Shown here piece by piece: positions 48,088-58,496 of a DNA stretch of 64,000 nucleotides. The DNA comes from Bacteroidota bacterium (GTDB taxonomy: Bacteria; Bacteroidota; Ignavibacteria; UBA10030), in contig JBEKEV010000012.1 in assembly GCA_050013655.1 (NCBI GenBank), forward strand, positions 6,533 to 70,532, written 5' to 3'. A program made the translations under genes and the position numbers. Each line of letters begins with the position of its first letter. Positions within the stretch are counted from its first letter, which is position 1. The notes beneath the pieces were generated by a model. It searched no databases, was not told where the DNA came from, and saw nothing but the letters and a program-made list of their open reading frames with translations.

Positions 48088-49814
48088 CGTATAACAGCTA
48101 CTTTCCATCGATAATCATTATTTTTTGTCCGCGCAACTACAAAATAGATGCCAGACGATAATTGCGATTTGACTTCTGATGCTGCTACCACTATGACAAG
48201 TTTGCCAAATCTATAGGTGATGATGGATTCACCTGAATAGACAAGACCAAGAGATGAACTATAAAAAAACACCGAAGCATTGTTTGCATTGTCTGCATTA
48301 ATTGGAAGAAGAAGTTCTTTCGCTTCAGCAAGTCGGAAAGGATTGGGCGATGCTTCTAGACGAACCATGTTCGGCTTTATAACCGAAGAATCTATTCGAG
48401 TGCTTTCCTGGGAAAACACAGAGCGCCAGGCAGTAGTATCTTCGGGAGTTATTTTTGCATTCAATCCATTTTTAAACTTATAATACGGCTGTGCAAGTGA
48501 TTGAGAGGAAAGCGTAATATCGATTTTTTGTTTTGCCGTATCATTGTTTCTCGCATTGCTCACATCAACATTTGCAATAATAGCAGTGATCGTATCATGG
48601 GGGACATCAAACTCATACATTGACGATGAAAGCGGAGATACATCTCCCCCAATTGTTATATCTGCGTTGTTGAATGCCGTTCTCTGTAATGGCTGGAACC
48701 GTGGATAATTATTTCCTTCCGAATAATACTTTATCGTATCAGAGCGATCAGCAGTATAATAATTCCAGTAGGTGAACTCAGCAAACGCCGTTTGCAAATT
48801 GGATCCACGATTTGCCAACGCATAATCGTTGCTCTCTAAGAATGGCTGAGTTCGCATGGCAGTCCAGACATCACGCATGATATCTATCCCAAATCGCTTT
48901 GCAAGATAATGTCCCCAGATGCAACGTTCATATCCTCCATAATGATAATCAAATGAACTATAATAGTTAAACGAAAGCCCAACAGAAAATAGATTAAAAT
49001 AATTTGAAAGATATTGATAGTAATCGTTCACGTCAGTATAGACAACATCTTCCATCCATGTTGATGTCAATTCATGGGCGTACACCTCATCGCCATGAAA
49101 TCCATAAGAGCCAATCTGGATCACATGATGAAATTCATGAGCCGCTGTCACTTTTAATGCATTCATTCCTTTCGTATAAAACCCGCTAAAATCATTATGC
49201 ACTTGCACCCAACAAGGATATCGAGGTGCAGACGTCGTATCAGAATTCAACGGAGGAAGACTTTCATCCCAATCAGTAAACCCGTAGTCACTCATGTCTT
49301 GGATAAAAATTCGATAGTACGAGTCGACCTGCTCATGCGGGGGAGCTATATATCCAAGTCCGTCAACTTCAACAGAATAGACATAATTAAATATAGCTCC
49401 AACAGAATCCACGTACGCTTCAGCAGTATTAGACAATGGCTGGTTATTCGCATCTAATAAAGCTGGTACATTTGGAGTTCCAGAAGTGTCATAGAATATT
49501 TTGAATCGACCAATTACTCTTTCCTTTTGCGTGGAGGGTGGAACCATCTGCTGCTTGAGTTCTATTTTTTGCAGCGTGGAAAAAGCATTCCACTGACTGT
49601 GAACCTGCGCTCTAATCCCCAAACCGCATTTCCCGTCGTGAAGTTCATTTGAAAGCACTCTCTGCTGCGATGGATCTTTCAGTGAACGATAGTATTGAAG
49701 CAATTGATCAACGCTCAATTGTCGAGAGGGGAGGACCACTTGCGCTGATGCCCAACTAGACGCAGCAAGAAAGAACAGAATAACTGAACGGTATTTGAAT
49801 CGACGGTAGGTCAT
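48084..49814 (-). CDS. secreted zincin metalloprotease (MXAN_6640-like) with T9SS-like C-terminal domain
   Basis: Signal peptide, TAAHEFHHVIQ plus downstream E..STWMED, and C-terminal SPNPF...SGIYFV. Confidence 0.82.
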   Translation of the reverse strand: MTYRRFKYRSVILFFLAASSWASAQVVLPSRQLSVDQLLQYYRSLKDPSQQRVLSNELHDGKCGLGIRAQVHSQWNAFSTLQKIELKQQMVPPSTQKERVIGRFKIFYDTSGTPNVPALLDANNQPLSNTAEAYVDSVGAIFNYVYSVEVDGLGYIAPPHEQVDSYYRIFIQDMSDYGFTDWDESLPPLNSDTTSAPRYPCWVQVHNDFSGFYTKGMNALKVTAAHEFHHVIQIGSYGFHGDEVYAHELTSTWMEDVVYTDVNDYYQYLSNYFNLFSVGLSFNYYSSFDYHYGGYERCIWGHYLAKRFGIDIMRDVWTAMRTQPFLESNDYALANRGSNLQTAFAEFTYWNYYTADRSDTIKYYSEGNNYPRFQPLQRTAFNNADITIGGDVSPLSSSMYEFDVPHDTITAIIANVDVSNARNNDTAKQKIDITLSSQSLAQPYYKFKNGLNAKITPEDTTAWRSVFSQESTRIDSSVIKPNMVRLEASPNPFRLAEAKELLLPINADNANNASVFFYSSSLGLVYSGESIITYRFGKLVIVVAASEVKSQLSSGIYFVVARTKNNDYRWKVAVIR

Positions 49815-49867
49815 TCTTTCAATTATAACGTTGCCATAAATCGTTCATTCAGCACTCCAATGTATGT

Positions 49868-52141
49868 TCATCGCGTGCCTGTTTCCCCATGAAGAAACAG
49901 GCGCTTTCCATTAATAATCTTCAATATGCCTTTCTTCGAGAGCGTCATTGCCAAATCATTGACGCCATCTCCATCAACATCGGCAACGACAAAATGACTT
50001 AATCCTGGTTCTACTGCCAACACTCGGGCGTCATCAAAACTGCAATCCCTTTGATTACGAAACCATAACACTCGTCCGAGTCTCTGCGAGCCGATAACGA
50101 TATCGGCAAAACCATCACCGTCCACGTCAACTATTTGCATTTCGGATCGATCTGTCACAGAGAGGCCGCTGGCAATGATTTTCGGATCATCGAAATATCC
50201 TTCTCCTTTTCCTTTGGCAACCATAAAATACTCACACGGTGGTCCCGCATATATCAGCAGATCCAAAACACCGTCTTTGTCAAAATCAGCCAGCCAGATG
50301 AATATTCGTTTGACATCAGGAAGCGATAATTCTCTTGAAACGATGCGGCGTTTCATCGAATACGTGGAATCGCCAAATGCGATACCTAATTCCACCATCG
50401 AAGTATCGGCAGCCCGGTACGCGTACACGATATCCGGAAGACCATCGCTATTTAAATCGGCAACCGAAGCACCCAACAAATCATCCGGCGGCGAGAGACG
50501 AAATGTGCGTTCGATAAATGTTGTCGGACCGAGTTGCTCATAAAAACTGAGAGAGTTTCCTTCAGAGATCGTCGTATTCCAAGCAACAAATTTTGTTTGA
50601 TCATGGTCATTCAGAGCTGCTTCCACAATTTGTGCATCACCTTCGCAGCCGATGAATGCGTTCGAAACTGAATTATTGGCGGAGTCGATGATGAAGTATG
50701 ATATCTGATGCGACTGTGGGAAAGAGAGGACAAATTGCAGCGTCGTATCTGTTGATGAATGAAATGCAATATGACTCGGCTTATCCGTTAACGAATACGA
50801 AAACGGCCCAGAAGGAGCAGCTGTCTTCTGTCCAAAATAGAGTGACACAGATTGACTTTTCTTATTAATCAAAGCAATATCAGAAATGCCGTCGCGGTTG
50901 AAATCATTTGCGACGATTTCTGTCGGAAAGACACCTGTGGCAATCTGTATAGAGTCTGTCATGACACTTGATCTCATCGCATTCCGATACACAATAAATT
51001 GTCCACCGCTCCGATCAAAGACAATACAATCTTTCGGATTTCCCGATTGAGGTGATACGACAAAGATATTCTGTGGATCGCTGCCGGATGCATACTCAAC
51101 ACGTTCAGAAAAAGCATCTCCTTCATTATTGAAGGCAACTTGCAAAGAGGCGGGATTGACAGAAACAATTATATCATTCAAGCCATCATTGTTGACATCG
51201 GCAAGACCGAAATCGTTGATACGCCCTTCAACCGCAATACGATTCTTCAGTTGAAAATCGCCATAATCGTTCCCTTCCCAGATTTGAAATCCGGATGGAT
51301 TCGTCATCTTCAGAATCAAATCGAGTGAGTGCCCACGAACCATCGAAGTTGCAACAACCATATCAACATCTCCTTGCACAGGAAACACACTCTGATCAAT
51401 AAATCTTCCTTTCCCGACACCGTAGAGTACATGGAGTTCGCTTTTTACCCAATCCCACACTATCAGATCAATCAGGTTATCGTTATTCACATGAGCAAAA
51501 TCAGCAGCACCGATTGCATTATCCGGCGCAATTATTTTCCCCAACATGAAATGTCCTTTGCCGTTTCCTATAAGGGGGAGAATGCCGGGAGTATTATGCG
51601 CATACAACAGCACATCGAGGTGTCCGTCATTATTATAATCCCCGATCAAGATTTTTTCAGGTTCGAATGGAAGTTTCGTCTTGCTCACAACCTGAAGTGT
51701 ATCCCGCGACAAGTGAAGCACGAGCCCAATCGTTCGCTCTTGTTTATTCACCAGCAAAAGGTCTGGCGAACCATCATTATTGAAATCTGCCACAAAGAGA
51801 TCATCAAACTCCATTGCGGTATGTTTCAAACTATAACTCACTGATGACAGGGCAGAATCAAATGTAGCCAGAAGAATTTCATTGTGATGTGCAGACCATG
51901 CGGCAAGTGTCGTTATCCCCTGGTGGGATATTGGAACCAATGTGCTCTTCTCGAATTTTGCAGGCAGCGGGAATGTCCGCACTTCACCGAATGCAGATTC
52001 ATGTGTCTGAGCAGAGGCTGTGCGAATGGCAAGCCAGAAAATAAGCGACGTGGAACTGAATATAATCGAGTAGCGCTGTCGCCGAGAGTGCATACAGTAC
52101 TCAGACGTGTTGTGTTTCCACGGAATAATAATGAACCTCAC
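49868..52141 (-). CDS. FG-GAP/VCBS repeat protein (secreted beta-propeller)
   Basis: Many DxNxDGxxD motifs (ADFNNDGSPD, GDYNNDGHLD, NDFNRDGISD, ADLNSDGLPD, DVDGDGFAD). Confidence 0.88.
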   Translation of the reverse strand: MRFIIIPWKHNTSEYCMHSRRQRYSIIFSSTSLIFWLAIRTASAQTHESAFGEVRTFPLPAKFEKSTLVPISHQGITTLAAWSAHHNEILLATFDSALSSVSYSLKHTAMEFDDLFVADFNNDGSPDLLLVNKQERTIGLVLHLSRDTLQVVSKTKLPFEPEKILIGDYNNDGHLDVLLYAHNTPGILPLIGNGKGHFMLGKIIAPDNAIGAADFAHVNNDNLIDLIVWDWVKSELHVLYGVGKGRFIDQSVFPVQGDVDMVVATSMVRGHSLDLILKMTNPSGFQIWEGNDYGDFQLKNRIAVEGRINDFGLADVNNDGLNDIIVSVNPASLQVAFNNEGDAFSERVEYASGSDPQNIFVVSPQSGNPKDCIVFDRSGGQFIVYRNAMRSSVMTDSIQIATGVFPTEIVANDFNRDGISDIALINKKSQSVSLYFGQKTAAPSGPFSYSLTDKPSHIAFHSSTDTTLQFVLSFPQSHQISYFIIDSANNSVSNAFIGCEGDAQIVEAALNDHDQTKFVAWNTTISEGNSLSFYEQLGPTTFIERTFRLSPPDDLLGASVADLNSDGLPDIVYAYRAADTSMVELGIAFGDSTYSMKRRIVSRELSLPDVKRIFIWLADFDKDGVLDLLIYAGPPCEYFMVAKGKGEGYFDDPKIIASGLSVTDRSEMQIVDVDGDGFADIVIGSQRLGRVLWFRNQRDCSFDDARVLAVEPGLSHFVVADVDGDGVNDLAMTLSKKGILKIINGKRLFLHGETGTR

Positions 52142-52611
52142 TATCGGTGCGACAACCTCGACTGCCTGCGCCGCGCCGCATCACGGTAACGCCGTTTTTC
52201 AGCACTCGTTACTGGCTTTACGGGATGAGCCGGGACAGGTCTACCTTCGTTGTCGATTGCTACAAATGTAAGATATGCAGTGTTTGTATGTTGCCGTTCG
52301 CCGGTCAATGGATTTTCTTTTGTCACACGCACTCCCACTTCGAGTGACGTGCGAAAGACTCTGTTCACCGATGCCTGCAATATCACTACTTCGCCCTGCT
52401 TCACCGGATGATGGAAGTGCAGTCCATCCACAGATGCCGTTACACACACTCGGTTCGTGTGCCGCGATGCGGCAATAGCGGCAGCGATATCCATCCAATG
52501 CATCAATCGTCCGCCGAGAAGGTTTCCCATGCGATTTGTATCATTCGGGATGACCAATTCTGTCATCTCCACTTGTGATGCCTTGACCGGTTTCCTGCTC
52601 AGTTGCAGCAT
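52141..52611 (-). CDS. acyl-CoA thioesterase (YciA-like hotdog)
   Basis: PNDTN.MGNLLGGRLMHWMD, VTASVD and TSLEVGV motifs. Confidence 0.93.
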   Translation of the reverse strand: MLQLSRKPVKASQVEMTELVIPNDTNRMGNLLGGRLMHWMDIAAAIAASRHTNRVCVTASVDGLHFHHPVKQGEVVILQASVNRVFRTSLEVGVRVTKENPLTGERQHTNTAYLTFVAIDNEGRPVPAHPVKPVTSAEKRRYRDAARRRQSRLSHR

Positions 52612-53475
52612 TTAACTTCCCGATTGGGGTAATTGCTTGCTTGTATCTTTGATCGGTTCAGGCTTTTTTTGTTTCCGCGCTTTTTCTTCGATTATTTTTG
52701 TTTCGATATCTGCACACAATCGATCGGCATCTGATTTCATGGTACTGGTCGGATATTTTGCACGGAACTTATCCACTGCTTCTTTGGCATCAGCATACTT
52801 CTTCCTATTCGTTAACGCTTCGGCTTTCTTGAGCAGGGCCGGTTCGGCATATTGCGTGTCGTGATACTTTTCCAGAACAAGATCGAAATAGTACGTTGCC
52901 GCTTTGTAATATTCCATGTGCATGTACGTGATGCCGCTCTCATAATCCTTTTTTGCCAGCTTCGTGTTTAACTCGGCGATTCTCTCTTCTGCCAACGGCG
53001 CTAATGTATCTGCGGGATGATATTCCAGAAACGCCTGGTATTCATCAATTGCCTTCCGGGAATAATTCTGATCCAAATACGATTCGGGCGAGAGTTCATA
53101 GAAGCATGTCGCACGCCTGAAACGTGAGCGAGAAACAAATATACTGGAAGGCATATTACGAATGAGAATATCATACTCAAAAGCCGCAAGAATATATTCC
53201 TCACGCAAGTACCGGCTCTCCGCCATAAAGAATTGTGCCGAATCCGCCACCTTGCTCCCTAGATATTGGAGCGACACCACTTTGAATTCTTCGATGGCTG
53301 CCAGATAGTCTTCATCCTTAAATGCTTTCATGCCAAGTTCATACCGCTCTTCAGCGCTCAATTGTTTCGTTGCATCATCAGAAGAACCGCACCCTGAAAA
53401 CAAAACTGAGAAAAGAAAGAGTAAAATGAATATATTGAAACTAGTGAGATGTTGGTGCAAGTGACGGTTCGACAA
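52612..53475 (-). CDS. bamD: outer membrane protein assembly factor BamD
   Basis: Lipobox FSGC, TPR helices, SYLDQ..SRKAIDEYQAF and YYFDLVLEKYHDT. Confidence 0.9.
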   Translation of the reverse strand: MSNRHLHQHLTSFNIFILLFLFSVLFSGCGSSDDATKQLSAEERYELGMKAFKDEDYLAAIEEFKVVSLQYLGSKVADSAQFFMAESRYLREEYILAAFEYDILIRNMPSSIFVSRSRFRRATCFYELSPESYLDQNYSRKAIDEYQAFLEYHPADTLAPLAEERIAELNTKLAKKDYESGITYMHMEYYKAATYYFDLVLEKYHDTQYAEPALLKKAEALTNRKKYADAKEAVDKFRAKYPTSTMKSDADRLCADIETKIIEEKARKQKKPEPIKDTSKQLPQSGS

Positions 53476-54496
53476 AGTAACCTCGCTCTGTGTGAGTAAT
53501 AGTGATTGTTGATAATGTTTGAATTCGATCCATCAATTTCTGTCTATCATCTGTGTTCAAGTCGGTCGTGGGTTGAAATCCGGGGTGAAATGGAATTAAT
53601 TCTATAGACGATATTATTTTTTGTTCGTTCCTCTTTTCAAATCCGACCAATGCCGCAAACGAGCGCTGCGTCCAGAACCGCTGCGGCTGATTGAATACGG
53701 CATTGCCAAGCGAGTGAAACATCAAGCAACCGTGATACATTTCGATCCCCTGCGGCACATGCGGGTGATGCCCTAACACGACATTAGCGCCAAAATCAGC
53801 GAGAAGCTTCATTTCCCTCTCGGCGGATTTTCCTGAAACATCTTTATACTCATCACCACCATGGTAACTTGCAAGAACGAAGTCCACACTATCCTTCAGG
53901 GCGCCAATTTCGCGCTGTGCCCGTGCAGAATCAAAAACGGAAATCAATCCGCTCTTAGTACCGCGAACCATGTTTACAGTTTGCGTATATGCAATAATGC
54001 CTATTCTGATCTTGTTGCGTTCGACGATGACAGGCGCAAACTCTACTCCAGAATCAGCAACTGTGCCAGTGAAATTGACGCTGTCTTGGTTCAGAAACTT
54101 GATCGTCTCCCGAAGTCCCTTTAAACCGTAATCAAATGCGTGATTGTTTGCAGTTGAAACGACCGTCACTCCGGCACGCCGTAAGGTCGTTGCCGCACCT
54201 GGAGGTGCACAAAAAATGACATTTGATTTCAGACTTTGTGTCTCGCCGTTTTGGTCAGTAATCGGACATTCGAGATTTGCGAAAACTATTTCGGCTCGTT
54301 TTAACACGTCGCCAAATTTTTCAAAGGGATAATCCACGTTGCCTTTGAGAATCTCCTGCCCTACTGTGCGTCCAAGATTCACATCGCCCAAAGCAAGCAG
54401 TGAGACGGATGCAAGAGAATCGGAACTCTGCGCATCCACCTGAGAGATGTACAGTAGAATTATTACAAGAGCATACATCACAGAGACTGATTTCAA
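53441..54496 (-). CDS. CapA/PgsA family metallophosphoesterase-like protein
   Basis: GDVNLGR, NLECP, ANNHAFDYG, SYHGG, GHHPHV and SLGN motifs; signal peptide. Confidence 0.9.
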   Translation of the reverse strand: MKSVSVMYALVIILLYISQVDAQSSDSLASVSLLALGDVNLGRTVGQEILKGNVDYPFEKFGDVLKRAEIVFANLECPITDQNGETQSLKSNVIFCAPPGAATTLRRAGVTVVSTANNHAFDYGLKGLRETIKFLNQDSVNFTGTVADSGVEFAPVIVERNKIRIGIIAYTQTVNMVRGTKSGLISVFDSARAQREIGALKDSVDFVLASYHGGDEYKDVSGKSAEREMKLLADFGANVVLGHHPHVPQGIEMYHGCLMFHSLGNAVFNQPQRFWTQRSFAALVGFEKRNEQKIISSIELIPFHPGFQPTTDLNTDDRQKLMDRIQTLSTITITHTERGYFVEPSLAPTSH

Positions 54497-55092
54497 CTTC
54501 GCACCGTAAATAATAATAAGACAATGAGAACAGCACCGCTGATGATAATGAAGGGCGTTAACAATCGCTGCATCACACTTTCCTCTTCATTCGCTGGTAA
54601 CACCAAAAGCTGAAGAGACGGAAATACTTGCGCTGTATCTTTCGCTACACGAAGAAAAGTGCCAAGCAAGCGAACCTCGCGTTCCGTCCCCAAGACCGTC
54701 CGTACTTCTAGTGCTATACTGATATTCCGTTCAGAATATTTTTCATCTACTGCTCGCACTTTGATATCCGTACTAAGCAGAAACACGTGAAGTGTTTGAT
54801 CCGATGTCTTTCCTGTACTTAACACCGATGTGAAACTCCGTTTCTGAAGCGTCTCAACAAATGCGTTCTCCGCTAACGATCGCGGTCCTTCACCTTCCAC
54901 CCAAAGAGCGACTCGAACTTTTGGATCGAGTTTCGCTTGATCGAAAACTTCATCGGCAATACTTTGCAATTGCAGCCGAATCACCGATGAGCTGGTTACT
55001 CCGATGGAATCACTAGCACGAGATATAGAAAACTTTCCGATGAAGAAAACTATCAGCAACGCAAACCATATCGGTCTCAGGCGATGGATCAC
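54493..55092 (-). CDS. hypothetical exported protein with C-terminal membrane anchor
   Basis: N-terminal hydrophobic segment and C-terminal TM ending FTVRS; start set at GTG 55092 to avoid overlap with htpX. Confidence 0.7.
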   Translation of the reverse strand: MIHRLRPIWFALLIVFFIGKFSISRASDSIGVTSSSVIRLQLQSIADEVFDQAKLDPKVRVALWVEGEGPRSLAENAFVETLQKRSFTSVLSTGKTSDQTLHVFLLSTDIKVRAVDEKYSERNISIALEVRTVLGTEREVRLLGTFLRVAKDTAQVFPSLQLLVLPANEEESVMQRLLTPFIIISGAVLIVLLLFTVRS

Positions 55093-55102
55093 ATGAATAC
55101 TT

Positions 55103-55960
55103 TCAGCGAATCCCGCCCATTGCAATTTGCTCGAGGCGTGCAATGCGTTCTTCTATCGGCGGGTGCGTAGAGAACAATTTTGTTAATCCCCCGCCGAACA
55201 ATGGATTGACGATAAACATGTGCGCTGTTGCCGTTCCAGCATTCGTCATTGGAATTTGTTCAACACCGCGTTCAAGTTTTCGCAATGCATTTGCTAGACT
55301 TAAAGGCCGCTGGCTAATCTGTGCCCCGCCTTCGTCTGCCGCAAATTCCCGCGAACGGGAAACGGCAAACTGGATCAACATCGCCGCGATCGGAGCCAGA
55401 ATGATCAGAAGAATCTGACCAAACGGATTGGAATTCTCGCGGTCGCGACTTCCGCCGCCAAATATCGAAGCGTACATCGCCATCCGCGCAACAAACGTAA
55501 TTGTCCCAGCCATCGAAGCAACAAGTGTAGCGATAAGAATGTCCCTGTGTTTAACATGTGCCAGTTCGTGCGCGATCACGCCCTCTAATTCGTCATCCGA
55601 AAGTAAGTGAAGAATTCCTTCCGTTGCTGCAACAACAGCATGCTCCGGATTGCGTCCCGTTGCGAATGCGTTCGGCGAATCGCCGGGGATGATATACACT
55701 TTCGGCATCGGTAATTGTGCTTGTGCTGCAAGCCTGCGTACAATACTGAATAATTTCGGTGCATCCGCCTCTGTTACTTCTTTTGCACGATACGTCATCA
55801 ACACAATCTTGCTGGAAAACCAGTACATCCCGAAATTCATAAGCAATGAGAATATGAATGCCATCCATAGACCTTGTTCTCCGCCCATCCAATCTCCAAT
55901 AAAGAGTAAAATACCCATCATCAGAGCCATTAAAAGAATCGTTTTTAATGAATTTGTCAT
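55103..55960 (-). CDS. htpX: zinc metalloprotease HtpX
   Basis: PNAFATGRNP, AHELAH, SRSREFAAD and FSTHPP motifs. Confidence 0.97.
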   Translation of the reverse strand: MTNSLKTILLMALMMGILLFIGDWMGGEQGLWMAFIFSLLMNFGMYWFSSKIVLMTYRAKEVTEADAPKLFSIVRRLAAQAQLPMPKVYIIPGDSPNAFATGRNPEHAVVAATEGILHLLSDDELEGVIAHELAHVKHRDILIATLVASMAGTITFVARMAMYASIFGGGSRDRENSNPFGQILLIILAPIAAMLIQFAVSRSREFAADEGGAQISQRPLSLANALRKLERGVEQIPMTNAGTATAHMFIVNPLFGGGLTKLFSTHPPIEERIARLEQIAMGGIR

Positions 55961-56007
55961 TGTTCTTCTTATCCTTTCAAAGCAACTTTACATTCCTCGA
56001 ACACTCG

Positions 56008-56036
56008 AATTTACGAAAAAGTGTGCGGAGTATCAA
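56008..56036 (-). promoter_or_regulatory. sigma70-type promoter for the htpX run
   Basis: Minus strand reads TTGATA-N17-TAAATT. Confidence 0.5.
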
Positions 56037-56257
56037 TATAAGACTCATTTGATTAGTTCGCCGATTACCTTCAAGACAATAGGAATTCAACTCTGCTATT
56101 AACCTTTTCAAGGTTGCGTGAGCATGAACCGAGAGCACCTTGACGAGATTCCACTTTTGGGCATGCTGTAAAATGGGATGAGCCAGCCCATGTTATGGTT
56201 CCTATCCCTTCTTCCTGAAGCGAAAAACGTGATATGCCATCGTGTAAATTACAACCC

Positions 56258-56286
56258 TTGGATAAATGTAGCGGTTAGGATATAAT
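56258..56286 (+). promoter_or_regulatory. sigma70-type promoter for the BNR-repeat gene
   Basis: TTGGAT-N17-TATAAT, with a GGAGGTG RBS near the start. Confidence 0.6.
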
Positions 56287-56392
56287 CTGACAAAATTATA
56301 TATTAACAACCAAAGAATCAGTAGGGATTCTGTCTGGGAGCTGCCGGTCAAAAAATAATTAAGGTAAAATTACTCAAAGGTGGAGGTGAAGA

Positions 56393-58426
56393 ATGAAAAA
56401 ATATTATTGTTTTTTTATCGCATTTATTTTTACAACCGCATTTCTCCACCATACTGCATCCGCCCAGTGGATTCAAACGAACGGGCCATACGGAGGCTTA
56501 GTTATGTCCTTCGCTTCAGATGGCACAAATATATTTGCAGGAACAAATAGTGGCGGTGTATATCTCTCTACTAACAACGGCCAGAGTTGGTCAGCAGCTA
56601 ATTCGGGATTACCTATAGGCGAACTTGCTTCTATTACAATTAACGGATCAATGATTTTTGGTGCGTCATATAATAACGGCGTATATCTTTCGACAAATAA
56701 CGGAACAAGTTGGTCAGCGGTCAATTCCGGACTTGCTAATAGAAATGTATTGTGCGTTGCCGCAAAGGATAGTCTCATTCTTGCCGGGACTGATAATGGA
56801 ATATTCCTTTCCCATAACAATGGTTCGAATTGGATACCAACAGGCAGTCTATTGCCAAGTACAAATGCTGTTGGTAAGCTTGGTTTTGGCGGAGGGAAAA
56901 TATTTGCAGGTATGGAAGGATCTGGAGATGGGTACTGCAGTGCTGATACAGGCAAAAGTTGGACAAAATTAAATCTCGAAAGTCATGGGATTATCACTTG
57001 CATAGTCATCCATGAACCATATGTTTATATTGGGACCAGTGAAGGGATTTTTGTCTCCACCGATACTGGAGCAACGTGGACGCATAAAACATCTATTAAT
57101 GTATATTCTCTCGCAGTGAAGGACTCGGTGATAATCGGAACATCCGGAATGAGCATCTTTAAATCGACTGATTACGGATATTCATGGGTTGAAAACAACA
57201 CAACAACGCCTGTCGGTGGTGGGCTTTATAGTGCGGTTAGCAACGGATCTAGCTTTTTTGTCGGTACACAGAATAGCATCTTTCGCTCGACTGATAATGG
57301 CGAGAGCTGGACTCTTGCCAATACAGGGTTGTGCGCTATGAAAATTACATGTTGTGCCTCAAGCAACAATATACTCTTTACGGGCGGATGGGGAGGCGGC
57401 ATATACACCTCTTCTGATAATGGAGAATCCTGGACGCATGACTACTTATCGCTTGAGTGGGCAGCTAATATATCAGCACTTACGGTAAGTCCTACAATCG
57501 ATGGGATTAGTAATTCAAATATTTATGCAGCATCACTCGGAAACGGTGTATTTATGTCCAGTGACAACGGTCAGAATTGGTCCGAGATGGATAATGGATT
57601 GAACAAATATGTATATGCACTCAGCGCGCGTCCCACGACGGACAGCTTTATTCTATTTGCCGGTACTTCATTTGGTATGTTTATGTCGGTCGATAGTGGC
57701 AAAAGTTGGACTGCCGATGGATTAAAAGACACGATTGTTTTGAGTCTTGCAGCAAACGATAGTTGCCTTTTTGCCGGGACATCACAGGTATCATTTGCAG
57801 GTACATCACCGGCATACAGTAATCCCGGCGGAGTGTTTTCCTCAACGAATTCGGGAGCGAGTTGGAATCCCTCTGGATTATCACATCACGAAATATATTC
57901 TCTTACATTCACTAACGGTAATCTTATAGCAGAAACGCCCGAAGAAGGTTTCTTTGTTTCGACTGATGGAGGTCAGAGCTGGGCACCTCTAAATGCAATT
58001 TCACAAAATATTCAAAATGCCAAAATAAATTGTATAGCTGCAGTAAATAATAATATTTTCGCGGGAACCGAGGGAAAAAGTGTATGGCGGTGTCCGATTT
58101 CGGATATGATTACTGGCGTGAAAGTTAACGGTAAAACATTTCCTACTCAATATTCTTTGCAACAGAATTATCCCAATCCATTTAATCCCACGACAACAAT
58201 AGAGTTTGAACTCCCGAAGAATGCGATGGTCGTGCTGAAGGTGTATGACCTTCTTGGCAGGGAAGTACGGACATTGGTTGACGAAAAGGTAGAGGCAGGC
58301 TTTCACACTACTAAATTCGATGCTTCAAGACTTGCGAGCGGTGTATACTTTACAAGGATGTTCGTACAACCGCAAGACGGTAGCAATCCGTTTGTACAGG
58401 TGAGGAAGATGTTGATGCTGAAGTGA
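56393..58426 (+). CDS. T9SS cargo protein with BNR/Asp-box repeats (beta-propeller)
   Basis: Signal peptide (..ASA-QW), about 12 S-x-[DN]-x-G-x-[ST]-W motifs, and C-terminal QNYPNPFNPTT...LASGVYF...KMLMLK. Confidence 0.92.
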   Translation: MKKYYCFFIAFIFTTAFLHHTASAQWIQTNGPYGGLVMSFASDGTNIFAGTNSGGVYLSTNNGQSWSAANSGLPIGELASITINGSMIFGASYNNGVYLSTNNGTSWSAVNSGLANRNVLCVAAKDSLILAGTDNGIFLSHNNGSNWIPTGSLLPSTNAVGKLGFGGGKIFAGMEGSGDGYCSADTGKSWTKLNLESHGIITCIVIHEPYVYIGTSEGIFVSTDTGATWTHKTSINVYSLAVKDSVIIGTSGMSIFKSTDYGYSWVENNTTTPVGGGLYSAVSNGSSFFVGTQNSIFRSTDNGESWTLANTGLCAMKITCCASSNNILFTGGWGGGIYTSSDNGESWTHDYLSLEWAANISALTVSPTIDGISNSNIYAASLGNGVFMSSDNGQNWSEMDNGLNKYVYALSARPTTDSFILFAGTSFGMFMSVDSGKSWTADGLKDTIVLSLAANDSCLFAGTSQVSFAGTSPAYSNPGGVFSSTNSGASWNPSGLSHHEIYSLTFTNGNLIAETPEEGFFVSTDGGQSWAPLNAISQNIQNAKINCIAAVNNNIFAGTEGKSVWRCPISDMITGVKVNGKTFPTQYSLQQNYPNPFNPTTTIEFELPKNAMVVLKVYDLLGREVRTLVDEKVEAGFHTTKFDASRLASGVYFTRMFVQPQDGSNPFVQVRKMLMLK

Positions 58427-58496
58427 TATTCCGAAGTTGTTTATCGGAATCGACCCAATACTTTTTTAGCCGGATTATACATCACCGGTGGGAATA

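Noticed and set aside
56393-58100. Periodic repeats as a CRISPR array or DGR
   Set aside because: They are protein-level Asp-box repeats with diverged DNA; no cas or reverse transcriptase genes are present.
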